A stretch of 64,000 nucleotides of DNA from Wickerhamiella versatilis (Eukaryota). Made by a program: the position numbers and the translations under genes. Positions 54,040 to 64,000 of the stretch are shown here, piece by piece (position 1 is the first letter of the stretch; each line of letters begins with the position of its first letter). The stretch is taken from contig JAQOWU010000008.1 in assembly GCA_030867685.1 (NCBI GenBank), positions 4,402,001-4,466,000 of the forward strand, read 5' to 3'. The notes under the pieces were generated by a model. It was not told the origin of the DNA, made no database searches, and was given only the letters and a program-made list of their open reading frames with translations.

Positions 54040-57000
54040 TTAGATAAGGAAGACAATAGCTAGTATTGCCGCTGGAATATGGTACAAGCTACTCGTCATG
54101 AGAGAGGGTGCTGCATTAGCCAGGGCGACAGAGGTCTGTGATCCAGCTGGGGATTCTACGGGGGCAGAAGACTCGAAGGGTAACAACGCACTTGTGGTGG
54201 GTGATGAAGTCTCACTGTTGCCATTAGATGCCGTTGCTGCCACAGGAGATGTTGCTGCTCCTGAAGACTTAACAGGTGTCGTTGCACTTGCTACAGGAGA
54301 AGAAGCCTCGCTATATGACTGGGTATTCGTGGCAGTATTGGAGGCTGTGGGGTATGGTTCCGGCGTGGTGGTACATCCTGGTACCGACAGAGTGTCTCCT
54401 GGTGCACCGGTGTAGGTAGTACCACATACCTCAAACGTAGTACTATACGGACAGTACGTTGTGTAGCTAGAAATAACCTGGGTCACGGTTACTGGACCGC
54501 TAGGGAAAATGGTAGAAGCAGGTAGAGTCTCTGTTACTTCTGTTCCAACACTGGAAGTAGCTGGCAGAGTTCCACTGGCAGAAGAAGCTGATCCAGTTGA
54601 AGACTCTGAAGAGATAACTGGTGAAGTGCCTGGGGCAGTCGGAATTGGTCCAGTTGAAGACTCTGAAGAGATAAATGGTGAAGTGCCCGGGGCAGTCGGA
54701 ACTGGTCCAGTTGAAGACTCCGAAGAGACCACTGGCGAGGTACCAGGTGTAGTAGAAACAGGTACGCTACACTCAGTGTTTGTCGGAGTAATAGTTGTCG
54801 TAAGAGTAGTAGGCGTTAACCTCGTGAAGTTTCCTACCACAATTGTAACTGAACTAGTGATAGTGCTGGTGATTGGAGTGCATCCGCTGGAAGACGGTGC
54901 CGACGACGGTGTCAATGACGATACAGGGCATCCAGGTCCAGAAGGAGTAATAGTAGTCACGGAGGTAGTTGGTACATAGCCTGTCGAGGTACCGCTGGTC
55001 ACTGGCACAGAGCTAGTGATGGTGCTGGTAATAGGAGTGCATCCGCTAGACGATGGTGCCGACGACGACACAGGGCACCCAGGTCCAGATGGCGTGATAG
55101 TGGTCACGGAGGTAGTTGGTACATAGCCGGTAGAAGTGCCACTAGTCACAGGAACAGAGCTAGTGATGGTGCTAGTGATTGGAGTGCATCCGCTGGATGA
55201 TGGCTTAGACGACGATGGTGCCGATGAGGACACAGGGCATCCTGGTCCAGATGGTGTGATGGTGGTCACGGAGGTAGTTGGCACATATCCTGTCGAGGTA
55301 CCGCTGGTCACTGGCACAGAGCTAGTGATGGTGCTGGTAATAGGAGTGCATCCGCTAGACGATGGTGCCAACGACGACACAGGGCACCCAGGTCCAGATG
55401 GCGTGATAGTGGTCACGGAGGTAGTTGGCACATAGCCGGTAGAAGTGCCACTGGTCACAGGAACAGAGCTGGTAATGGTGCTGGTAATAGGAGTGCACCC
55501 ACTAGACGATGGCTTCGACGAAGACACAGGGCATCCCGGTCCAGACGGGGTGATCGTGGTAACACTAGTGGTTGGCACGTAGCCTGTGGAGGTGCCACTG
55601 GTCACAGGAACGGAGTTAGTGATGGTGCTGGTGATAGGAGTGCATCCGCTGGATGATGGTGCCGACGAAGATGGCTTCGATGAAGTTACAGGGCACCCAG
55701 GTCCAGATGGCGTGATCGTGGTGACACTAGTGGTTGGCACATAGCCGGTAGAAGTGCCACTGGTCACAGGAATAGAGCTGGTGATGGTGCTGGTGATAGG
55801 AGTGCATCCACTAGAGGATGGCTTCGACGAAGACACAGGGCACCCAGGTCCAGATGGCGTGATCGTGGTAACACTAGTGGTTGGCACATAGCCTTTCGAG
55901 GTGCCACTGGTTACGGGCACAGAGCTGGTGATAGTGCTGGTGATCGGAGTGCATCCGCTGGATGATGGCTTAGACGACGATGGTGCCGATGAGGACACGG
56001 GGCATCCTGGTCCAGATGGTGTGATGGTGGTCACGGAGGTAGTTGGTACATAGCCTGTCGAGGTACCGCTGGTCACAGGAACAGAGCTGGTAATGGTGCT
56101 GGTGATAGGAGTGCATCCGCTAGACGATGGCTTAGACGACGATGGTGCCGATGAGGACACAGGGCATCCTGGTCCAGATGGTGTGATAGTGGTCACGGAG
56201 GTAGTTGGCACATAGCTTGTCGAGGTACCGCTGGTCACTGGCACAGAGCTAGTGATGGTGCTGGTAATAGGTGTGCACCCACTAGACGATGGCTTCGACG
56301 AAGACACAGGGCATCCCGGTCCAGATGGCGTGATCGTGGTAACACTAGTGGTTGATACATAACCTGTTGAGGTGCCGCTGGTCACAGGCACAGAGCTTGT
56401 GATGGTGCTGGTGATAGGAGTGCACCCACTAGACGATGGCTTCGACGAAGACACAGGGCATCCCGGTCCAGAAGGAGTAATTGTAGTCACGGAGGTAGTT
56501 GGCACATAACCCGTCGAAGTACCGCTGGTCACTGGCACAGAGCTAGTTATAGTGCTGGTGATGGGAGTGCATCCGCTGGATGATGGTGCCGACGAAGATG
56601 ACTTCGATGAAGATACAGGGCACCCAGGTCCAGATGGCGTGATCGTAGTAACACTAGTGGTTGGCACGTAGCCTGTAGAGGTGCCACTGGTTACGGGCAC
56701 AGAGCTGGTAATGGTGCTGGTAATAGGAGTGCAGCCGCTAGAGGATGGCTTCGACGACGATGGTGCCGATGAAGATACAGGGCATCCTGGTCCAGATGGA
56801 GTGATAGTGGTAACACTAGTGGTTGGCACATAGCCGGTAGAAGTGCCACTGGTCACAGGAACAGAGCTGGTGATGGTGCTGGTGATAGGAGTGCATCCAC
56901 TAGAGGATGGCTTCGACGAAGACACAGAGCACCCAGGTCCAGATGGTGTGATAGTGGTCACAGAGGTAGTTGGTATATAGCCGGTAGAAGTACCACTAGT

Positions 57001-58812
57001 CACAGGAACAGAGCTTGTGATGGTGCTAGTGATAGGAGTGCATCCGCTGGATGATGGTGCCGACGAAGATGACTTCGATGAAGATACAGGGCACCCAGGT
57101 CCAGATGGCGTGATCGTGGTGACACTAGTGGTTGGTACATAGCCTGTCGAGGTACCACTGGTTACAGGAACGGAGCTAGTGGTGGTGCTGGTGATAGGAG
57201 TGCACCCACTAGACGATGGCTTCGACGAATACACAGGGCATCCCGGTCCAGACGGGGTGATCGTGGTAACACTAGTGGTTGGCACGTAGCCTGTGGAGGT
57301 GCCACTGGTCACAGGAACGGAGTTAGTGATGGTGCTGGTGATAGGAGTGCATCCGCTAGACGATGGCTTAGACGACGATGAGGACACAGGGCATCCTGGT
57401 CCAGACGGGGTGATAGTTGTCACAGAGGTGGTTGGCACATAGCCTGTCGAGGTACCACTGGTCACGGGAACAGAGCTAGTGATAGTGCTTGTGATCGGAG
57501 TACATCCGCTAGACGATGGTGCCGACGACGACACAGGACATCCAGGTCCAGATGGCGTGATCGTAGTAACACTCGTAGTTGGTACATAGCCTGTAGAGGT
57601 GCCACTAGTTACGGTCACAGAGCTGGTGATGGTGCTGGTGATAGGAGTGCATCCGCTAGACGATGGCTTAGACGACGATGGTGCCGATGAAGACACAGAG
57701 CACCCAGGTCCAGATGGTGTAATAGTGGTCACGGAGGTAGTTGGCACAAAACCCGTTGAAGTACCGCTGGTCACTGGCACAGAGCTGGTGATGGTGCTGG
57801 TGATAGGAGTGCATGCGCTAGACGACGGCTTAGACGACGATGGTTTCGACGACGACACAGGGCATCCAGGTCCAGATGGCGTGATCGTAGTAACATTAGT
57901 GGTTGGTACATAACCTGTTGAGGTGCCGCTGGTCACAGGCACAGAGCTGGTGATGGTGCTGGTGATAGGAGAGCATCCGCTAGAAGATGGCTTAGACGAC
58001 GACAATGGCCTGGTTGTTGAGCTAGGCACAGTAGATGTGGATGAGCTGGAGCTTCTGCTCTTGGTGCTTGTTGTTTTGACCATCGTGCTTGATTTGCCCG
58101 TGGTGCTTTCGGTACTGGGTATTTCGGATGTTGTACTTGTCGGAATGGGTGTGCTTGATGTCTTGGTGATAGAAACACTAACTGATGTTCCACACTCGCT
58201 GATCCAAGGAACTGTGTAAGTGTATTCACTATCCAATGTCGCAATGGCGCTATTCGCGCTGTTAACAGCACTACTCAGACCTGCATCACATCCATTTCTG
58301 CACTTCTGAGCGGCAGAAACAGTATTTTCCAGGGCGTCCGTAATGTAGATGGTGATCTGAGATAGTGTCTTCTGAATAGAGTCTGAGTTCTCTGCTACGG
58401 CATTGCCACTTATTTCCCCAATATGTTTCGTAAATTGTTCAAGAATATTCTCGAGTTTACCGTATACCTGTTCAGAAAACTTTTTGCTGAGACAGCTCAT
58501 AGCGGACTTGTCTCCACTCGTTTTACTCAGATCGCTGGCTGCATCAAGCACTTTGTTAAGGGTATCCTCCAAAGACTGGCCATCACCTGAAAAATCAACA
58601 TTAGAAAGTACGTCGATAGCGTTATTTACCGCGTTGCGATACTTATTATCATTGAGAAGCCAGCAACCGCTTCCGTAGCAATCGTAATTACCATCTGTTC
58701 GGGTTGGAGATGGAGCATTACTGGTGCGTGTGCCACTGCGTGCTGCCGTAGTTTGGGCCAGGGCAGTGTCTAGACACAAGCCCAAAGTGAGCAATAGTCC
58801 AGAGAGCTTCAT
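54040..58812 (-). CDS. Large GPI-anchored adhesin/flocculin-like protein (about 1590 aa)
   Basis: Signal peptide MKLSGLLLTLGLCLDTALA from ATG 58812, helical N-domain, Ser/Thr tandem repeats, YTTYCP motif, hydrophobic GPI tail. Confidence 0.92.
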   Translation of the reverse strand: MKLSGLLLTLGLCLDTALAQTTAARSGTRTSNAPSPTRTDGNYDCYGSGCWLLNDNKYRNAVNNAIDVLSNVDFSGDGQSLEDTLNKVLDAASDLSKTSGDKSAMSCLSKKFSEQVYGKLENILEQFTKHIGEISGNAVAENSDSIQKTLSQITIYITDALENTVSAAQKCRNGCDAGLSSAVNSANSAIATLDSEYTYTVPWISECGTSVSVSITKTSSTPIPTSTTSEIPSTESTTGKSSTMVKTTSTKSRSSSSSTSTVPSSTTRPLSSSKPSSSGCSPITSTITSSVPVTSGTSTGYVPTTNVTTITPSGPGCPVSSSKPSSSKPSSSACTPITSTITSSVPVTSGTSTGFVPTTSVTTITPSGPGCSVSSSAPSSSKPSSSGCTPITSTITSSVTVTSGTSTGYVPTTSVTTITPSGPGCPVSSSAPSSSGCTPITSTITSSVPVTSGTSTGYVPTTSVTTITPSGPGCPVSSSSSKPSSSGCTPITSTITNSVPVTSGTSTGYVPTTSVTTITPSGPGCPVYSSKPSSSGCTPITSTTTSSVPVTSGTSTGYVPTTSVTTITPSGPGCPVSSSKSSSSAPSSSGCTPITSTITSSVPVTSGTSTGYIPTTSVTTITPSGPGCSVSSSKPSSSGCTPITSTITSSVPVTSGTSTGYVPTTSVTTITPSGPGCPVSSSAPSSSKPSSSGCTPITSTITSSVPVTSGTSTGYVPTTSVTTITPSGPGCPVSSSKSSSSAPSSSGCTPITSTITSSVPVTSGTSTGYVPTTSVTTITPSGPGCPVSSSKPSSSGCTPITSTITSSVPVTSGTSTGYVSTTSVTTITPSGPGCPVSSSKPSSSGCTPITSTITSSVPVTSGTSTSYVPTTSVTTITPSGPGCPVSSSAPSSSKPSSSGCTPITSTITSSVPVTSGTSTGYVPTTSVTTITPSGPGCPVSSSAPSSSKPSSSGCTPITSTITSSVPVTSGTSKGYVPTTSVTTITPSGPGCPVSSSKPSSSGCTPITSTITSSIPVTSGTSTGYVPTTSVTTITPSGPGCPVTSSKPSSSAPSSSGCTPITSTITNSVPVTSGTSTGYVPTTSVTTITPSGPGCPVSSSKPSSSGCTPITSTITSSVPVTSGTSTGYVPTTSVTTITPSGPGCPVSSLAPSSSGCTPITSTITSSVPVTSGTSTGYVPTTSVTTITPSGPGCPVSSSAPSSSKPSSSGCTPITSTITSSVPVTSGTSTGYVPTTSVTTITPSGPGCPVSSSAPSSSGCTPITSTITSSVPVTSGTSTGYVPTTSVTTITPSGPGCPVSSLTPSSAPSSSGCTPITSTITSSVTIVVGNFTRLTPTTLTTTITPTNTECSVPVSTTPGTSPVVSSESSTGPVPTAPGTSPFISSESSTGPIPTAPGTSPVISSESSTGSASSASGTLPATSSVGTEVTETLPASTIFPSGPVTVTQVISSYTTYCPYSTTFEVCGTTYTGAPGDTLSVPGCTTTPEPYPTASNTATNTQSYSEASSPVASATTPVKSSGAATSPVAATASNGNSETSSPTTSALLPFESSAPVESPAGSQTSVALANAAPSLMTSSLYHIPAAILAIVFLI
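54580..54750 (-). repeat. Three 57-bp repeats (PGTSPxxSSESSTGxxxxA) within the adhesin
   Basis: CCAGTTGAAGACTC recurs at 57-bp spacing. Confidence 0.85.
54770..58000 (-). repeat. Intragenic tandem array: 20 near-perfect plus 1 degenerate units, mostly 147 or 162 bp
   Basis: Core CTPITSTITSSVPVTSGTSTGYVPTTSVTTITPSGPGC with one or two SSS(K/A)P spacers; counted in both protein and DNA. Confidence 0.95.
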
Positions 58813-59658
58813 GGCTGATCGTGGTGCTAGTCGCCTTGTCCTGTGTTTATAGTTTGGCGTGGGTTTAAGAGTCTTGAAGAGGGCCGTGCGCAGGGTAAGG
58901 CGAATAAGATAATGCATTTCACTGCATATGACAAAACTCGAGCTTCGCGAAACCAGGGAAATCCCGTGACACAAGAAACAAACTTTTTCTGCGAAATGGT
59001 AAGTTTTCGATTTTAGCAGCGGCTGGCATATTTTAGAAAACGTAATTATTCGAGGGGACTCTATGGTTGAGCAACCCGGGAATATGTGGCTTAATCGGGC
59101 AAGGTATTGCTTAAGCACTCTGGTGCATAGCGTTACCCTGCATGTAAAATAGCATGGGCAGAATGCGGCATTAAGAAATGAATTTGAGAAGTTTCTTTTT
59201 CTTACAATAAGCATTTATACTGTCAAATCCTAAATATCGATAACCATTATGATGATAGTCTCCCGTCAAAGCACTCTAACCGAATATGGTTCCTGAGGTG
59301 CCTGTTCGTCATATGAGTAATCGGAAAATCCCGCTGCAATGCACGGTCTTAGACGACGCCCGCTAATCGGTAACTTCCGCATCGTGGTGTTACATGTGAC
59401 ACTTAATGCTTGCGCCAGTACTATTCATTAAGCTTACAACTGTAGCGATGAAATTCAATGCTAGCGTTTAGAATTATTCATGTCTCGCCTTTTGGTTTAT
59501 GTGCCTGCAGTCTCACGGCGTTTAACCTCGATAATTAGCTAGATTGTGTTATGTTATGACAAACCAGCTATTTGCATCTTGCGCTTCACCCTAACCTTGG
59601 TTAGGCATTTACTTAATTGTAGTAAACACCTGCCAGTCTGCCAGCTGGTAGACACACG

Positions 59659-60768
59659 ATGGTGCTCCTCGAAAAGATAGTACTTGCCACTGGCCTTTTC
59701 TCAAGCATAACAAGTGCTTCAGAGCTACCTACCGCTGAAAATACCCTACGTCGGCGTGATGTATCCTCATCTACGTACTCTAAGTGGTTCCCTTCGTGGA
59801 ATAAGCACCGCGGTGGTGGCAACGCAATGTTGCCATCTGATCTCTCTGGAGTAGTCTCTAATGAGAAGGGATATATCCGTAGCTCTCAATCAGGAAAGGA
59901 TCTGGTAAACTCTTTGAGCAACGCTCAGGGCGGATTTCTTCGAGTCCAGATTCCTATTGAGAAATTTCTAAACAATGCTAATTATGGGGATGATAACGAG
60001 CATATCTTCGATGTCCTCACTGCCGTTATGCAAGAGGCCTCAGACAAGGGCATCTACGTTCTTGTATGCCTGCGTGGACCCGGTGGTGGTGTATTGACCG
60101 GAGACTCCCTGAATGACGCAGTTAGTGTGACGAAATCCTTGGTCAATACATACAAGGGTTATAAGAATTTTATGTTCAACACCTACAACGAACCTATCAA
60201 GGGCGGTTTCACGTACGATGATTATGCGAATATGATGGAGACTCTCATTGGTACTGCCAGGGACGAGGGCTTTGAAGGATTCATCTTTGTTGAGGAAAGC
60301 CACTGGGGTGGTGGTTTGATGGATGCGCAGGACAGTGGAATTGCTTGGTGGGCTGAGCGTCTCCAGGATGCCAATGGTGGCAATTTTAACAACTTGGTGG
60401 CTTCTATTCACGCTTATATTAGTGGTTCCAAGGATTCTGCTGTCAAGACTCTCTGGAAGGAAGTAAATGCTATCACCGACCTCGGCATGCTTCCCGCTAT
60501 CACCGAATATGGTAATGCTAATTACGGTGCATGCGGCGGTGGAAACGATTTTGAGAAGCGGCAGGGAGGTCTTGAAGCACTCCGTAGTGAGAAGCAAAAC
60601 TTGTTGGATGCGGGTGTCATTGGAATCCCGTGGTTTGAATTTCTAAGCGACGACGCTCCGTCATGTTCTGGAGATGCACTTCGAGGCTACGGTTACGGAA
60701 ATAACGAGCAGATATTCCCTGATACTCAAGAAATTAGTGGTCCTCCCGCGTCGCCTTTTGACTGGTAA
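59659..60768 (+). CDS. Secreted glycoside hydrolase family 5-like protein (clan A)
   Basis: Signal peptide, RRR processing site, FNTYNEP (acid/base), ASIHAY, AITEYG (nucleophile), GIYVLV. Confidence 0.78.
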   Translation: MVLLEKIVLATGLFSSITSASELPTAENTLRRRDVSSSTYSKWFPSWNKHRGGGNAMLPSDLSGVVSNEKGYIRSSQSGKDLVNSLSNAQGGFLRVQIPIEKFLNNANYGDDNEHIFDVLTAVMQEASDKGIYVLVCLRGPGGGVLTGDSLNDAVSVTKSLVNTYKGYKNFMFNTYNEPIKGGFTYDDYANMMETLIGTARDEGFEGFIFVEESHWGGGLMDAQDSGIAWWAERLQDANGGNFNNLVASIHAYISGSKDSAVKTLWKEVNAITDLGMLPAITEYGNANYGACGGGNDFEKRQGGLEALRSEKQNLLDAGVIGIPWFEFLSDDAPSCSGDALRGYGYGNNEQIFPDTQEISGPPASPFDW

Positions 60769-61101
60769 CTGTTCCCGGCTTAGAAGGTAGTCAGTTCAGT
60801 GGCAACATGTCATGGCTGTACACAGAATCCTAGCCAACTAAGCCTATATTTTTTTAGCTGATATCCTGATACAAAATATAATTACTTCTATATCGACATT
60901 AGATAGAACGAAAATTTCTCCCAGAGGTATCTTGCGAAGCATGACATTCGAAATAGCTCGTTGAAATCAGTGCCTGTCGAGTTTTCCAACTGGGTTCCAT
61001 TGAGAGTATAAGAGGGAGAGACAAATCCCATATTGCCTATCAGACGGTCCCATCATTTGAAAATGCCTGGATTCGTGTCAAACCTTTATTACCTCCTAGT
61101 T

Positions 61102-63234
61102 CTACAAGTCTGTTTCATAATTAGAGAAGGAAGAAAATTCAAATCCATAAGATGAATTTGCGCCAATGACAGATGGGTGTAGAAAGAATTGCTCCAAATC
61201 CATGAAGTTCTCTATACCATCGACCCCAAATCTATCTCCTTCAAAAGGTGCAGAATCTATTATGGTATCTTGCTCCATGATATCACATCTGGCCACTGGT
61301 TCCATGCTCTTGGTCATGTCAATACCGGCAAATATCGAATCACTGGACATTAGCAGCTCTGGAGCTATATCTGGTCTCTGGTATCCATGTTGTACACCAG
61401 TATTATTATTAATTGTTTGATTGAATGACGCCGCTCTCCTTCCGATCATCTCGAGGACATTTTCCTTCATACTCTTTAATAACTGGTAGCTGTAACCAGC
61501 TATTTGGCACGTCTTTTGAAGTGTCAGAAGGAAAGCCAAACATCCATCTATTAGCCTCTCAATGTTAAGAAGCATGTCAAAACGATACGTGTGCGCCAAA
61601 ACTATGTGCGAAGCCGCATAGAGGCTAGCTGTAACAGCAATAAAAATGCTGTTTACCAAGACCCATGAAAATCTGGTAACCTTAAGTTCTTGTATGTCAC
61701 AAAAATTACGCATTATAGATAGTCCTGCATTCAGCATCTTTTCCATTTGTCCCCGTGCAGATCTTGATGTCATAATCTGAGCACGGGCGAGCAGTATACG
61801 GGTGGTATGGTATTTTATTTCAAGATGAAAAGGTTTGAACTCAAAATTAGTGACTCTCTTGTCTCTCGGCATTCCCTGACTCCAATTATCTAACTCAAAT
61901 TCAAGTTCACTTGCGACCTCTAAGAGGTGTTCATGAGATATCTTACAAGCGTCTGGAAGATCGTAGAGGTTTTTCTTTATCTTTTGCTGAATCTCAAGTA
62001 ACGATATCAAGCTTTGAGCAACATTCTTATAGGATGGGCAGGTTGGCAGTCGGCTTGGGTCAGTACCTTTCACGAGCAGTGAGTCGTCAGCCAAGGCGAA
62101 GTCACGCACATTTATGAAATCATCTGAAAGACGAGTAGGACGGCCCGTGGTCATAGAAATTTGACGATCTAGTATATAGGTACTCCAGAACAGTCGCCTT
62201 GCCTCATCCTTATTCAAAGAATCGGTATAGTCAGCCCACATAGTCGAATCCTCATTGTGAAGACCAAGTTCAATACATAGTTGTATTGCCATACCACTTA
62301 CATGCCACAAGCTCTGGCGTGCCGGCCGAGCTAATGAATACACACCTAGCATGAGTATTGCTTTTAACGCTTCCAACCTGTTGGGAGATCTAACCACAGT
62401 ACCGTAGTAGTACATAGCCTGTTGGTGAAATTTTATACTTAAACTCGGATCCTCCAGCATAGATGTAGTAGATACTGCCATCATTTGAAGTATGAAATAT
62501 AAAATACGTTGTTCTTGAACTGAAGCGGATGGAATCTCATTAAGATCTCTATCCTTGTAATCAAAATATATAGTCGAAGGTGGCGGATCACCTCCATGTC
62601 TTCTTGGGAGCGCTAGATCAGTGTATTCAGAAGCAATTGGCAAATTGGGACTCAGAGGACCGTAGGTAGGCTCGAAATAAGTGTTGATGAATTCTTCTCT
62701 GTTAAATATGGGAATATAGGTATTCTCGGCTTCAAAATATTTTTTCAAATGCCTCTCAGCAACTATCTTGGGCGGCAGTGAAAAAGAAATAGGCTCCCCG
62801 ATAGGCTCCTCCTCAAAACTTTGCGGTGGCGCTCCCATCATAGGGCCTAAGAATTCGCTGGCGAGTAGCGAACTCTCAGATTCCTTCTTCTCAACGTAAT
62901 TCTGCAGCTTGGATGATACTGCGTGCCAAAAACTAATACCCGAAGTAGCACCCCAGTATGATGCTGTTTTAACAATATTTCTGGGTCCACTGCGCCAGTA
63001 TTGGTGAGATACTAGTTTTTTTTCAAGCTCAAAAACACGCATTTCTAGCCGTGGTATATAGTCAACTGGCACTTTCTGCCCTGAAGAAATATCAGCAGTG
63101 CAACACTCTGTGTTCGCATGCTCGCAGTGTGTACACCTAGGAAGTTGGCGATCACAACGTATCTTTCGCAACCTGCACCTTTGGCATGCCTTCCTATTAG
63201 TATTAAGACGCCTTCCACCTGTCTCTATCTTCAT
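61102..63234 (-). CDS. Zn(II)2Cys6 transcription factor, Ppr1/UaY-like
   Basis: ACQRCRLRKIRCD...CTHC...C, YWGATSGISF, LCIELGLH, RRLFWSTYILDR.IS...GRP. Confidence 0.92.
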   Translation of the reverse strand: MKIETGGRRLNTNRKACQRCRLRKIRCDRQLPRCTHCEHANTECCTADISSGQKVPVDYIPRLEMRVFELEKKLVSHQYWRSGPRNIVKTASYWGATSGISFWHAVSSKLQNYVEKKESESSLLASEFLGPMMGAPPQSFEEEPIGEPISFSLPPKIVAERHLKKYFEAENTYIPIFNREEFINTYFEPTYGPLSPNLPIASEYTDLALPRRHGGDPPPSTIYFDYKDRDLNEIPSASVQEQRILYFILQMMAVSTTSMLEDPSLSIKFHQQAMYYYGTVVRSPNRLEALKAILMLGVYSLARPARQSLWHVSGMAIQLCIELGLHNEDSTMWADYTDSLNKDEARRLFWSTYILDRQISMTTGRPTRLSDDFINVRDFALADDSLLVKGTDPSRLPTCPSYKNVAQSLISLLEIQQKIKKNLYDLPDACKISHEHLLEVASELEFELDNWSQGMPRDKRVTNFEFKPFHLEIKYHTTRILLARAQIMTSRSARGQMEKMLNAGLSIMRNFCDIQELKVTRFSWVLVNSIFIAVTASLYAASHIVLAHTYRFDMLLNIERLIDGCLAFLLTLQKTCQIAGYSYQLLKSMKENVLEMIGRRAASFNQTINNNTGVQHGYQRPDIAPELLMSSDSIFAGIDMTKSMEPVARCDIMEQDTIIDSAPFEGDRFGVDGIENFMDLEQFFLHPSVIGANSSYGFEFSSFSNYETDL

Positions 63235-63446
63235 TCAGTAATTGCAGTACTCGCGAAAAGACGAGTTTCGTAATCGGGTATGGGTTAAGGTAGTCTAACT
63301 TAATACTATTTGTTACAAATAAAAGCTGCAAGCAAGCTGAAAAATAGGTAAATGTCACAATATCGCTATTTTGATTCAATAATAATAATCAGTGTAATTG
63401 ATTAAGTAGATTAGTTACAATTGAAAAATAATTTAACTTCATCCAG

Positions 63447-64000
63447 TCATACGCCGAGACTGATCAACTTGGCCAAAAACTCGTTCGGAACCTCAAGAAG
63501 CTTTAGCAAGTTATAAACACTGGGAATAGGCTCCTTCAACAATAGAAGAAGAGTCCAAACTTCGGACAGCAAAGCATTCCACTTCTGAACGTATTCAGAA
63601 GATAGCGATCCAACCTGTATCAGACGCCATAATGAATATACACCAGCCGTAGCTGCAAATGTAAGCAGACTGAGTGCAGCCCAGGTTACCGTAAGATCTT
63701 TTTGGTTGTGTAGTGAGCAGTATTCAGTTATGATGCCTTCACACGCGACAAGAACCGCTGTCAATTCTGAATCATCCGGCTCCGGCAGAAATTCTGAGAA
63801 TCCAGCGAGAAGTAAGATAGAATTGTGATAAATTATTCTTACCAAAGGAAGATTAATTGCACTCAAGTAGATAAGCTCTTGTCGATAAGCTTTGTGCAAC
63901 GCTTTTACTCTCAAAACATAGTGATTGCGAATTTCTATCAGTTCATCAATGGGGATTTCTAGTATTCTCGGCTTTTCGTAGAACATGTATTTTATCTCAT
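63447..64000 (-). CDS. 3' end of a probable fungal transcription factor (Ppr1-like C-terminal region), truncated by the window edge
   Basis: Frame is open to the window edge (EIKYMFYE...). YH...LLL and LTVTWAALSLLTFAATAGVYSLW resemble the C-terminal part of the neighbouring TF. Confidence 0.6.
   Translation of the reverse strand, partial: EIKYMFYEKPRILEIPIDELIEIRNHYVLRVKALHKAYRQELIYLSAINLPLVRIIYHNSILLLAGFSEFLPEPDDSELTAVLVACEGIITEYCSLHNQKDLTVTWAALSLLTFAATAGVYSLWRLIQVGSLSSEYVQKWNALLSEVWTLLLLLKEPIPSVYNLLKLLEVPNEFLAKLISLGV

Noticed and set aside
54770..58000. CRISPR-like array
   Set aside because: Repeats are in-frame coding units of an adhesin with no unique spacers, in a eukaryotic context.
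54098..58219. Plus-strand ORFs (MPLVTGTELVMVLVIGVHPL...) over the adhesin
   Set aside because: Antisense shadows of the Ser/Thr repeat frame, broken by stops.
58813..59214. 134 aa N-terminal extension of the adhesin in the ORF track
   Set aside because: Precedes a clear signal peptide at 58812 and contains the likely TATA (about 58845); treated as promoter sequence.
1..64000. Bacterial contamination or a prokaryotic origin of the window
   Set aside because: Bacterial-type genes alternate with fungal-specific genes, have TATA-like promoters and long spacers, and several carry eukaryotic signal peptides.

Overview
Intron-poor, gene-sparse eukaryotic DNA from a budding yeast, read in the standard code. 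It is probably a Wickerhamiella/Starmerella-clade species, inferred from an Ffz1-like fructose facilitator plus many bacterial-looking genes. The window looks like an accessory or subtelomere-like region with about 30 genes: Zn2Cys6 and C2H2 regulators, secreted hydrolases (Nuc1-like nuclease, RNase T2, lipase, GH5, CHAP peptidoglycan hydrolase), cell-wall proteins (HsbA-like, a large repeat adhesin), an MNN2-family mannosyltransferase, an aldehyde dehydrogenase and two paralogous Fe(II)/2OG-dioxygenase-like genes, one of them frameshifted. Three highlights: (1) a free-standing HO/VDE-like Hint+LAGLIDADG gene lacking both splicing and nuclease catalytic residues; (2) a five-gene acyl-CoA cluster with a split ACAD10/11-type kinase + dehydrogenase pair and three different 3-hydroxyacyl-CoA dehydrogenases; (3) bacterial-type genes fitted with fungal secretion modules (CHAP lysin, a cell-wall-domain/SDR chimera, a cupin). 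All family calls come from motifs recognised by eye and from memory; no database search was run, so HGT and novelty statements are inferences. No rRNA, tRNA, CRISPR or intact transposon was recognised.
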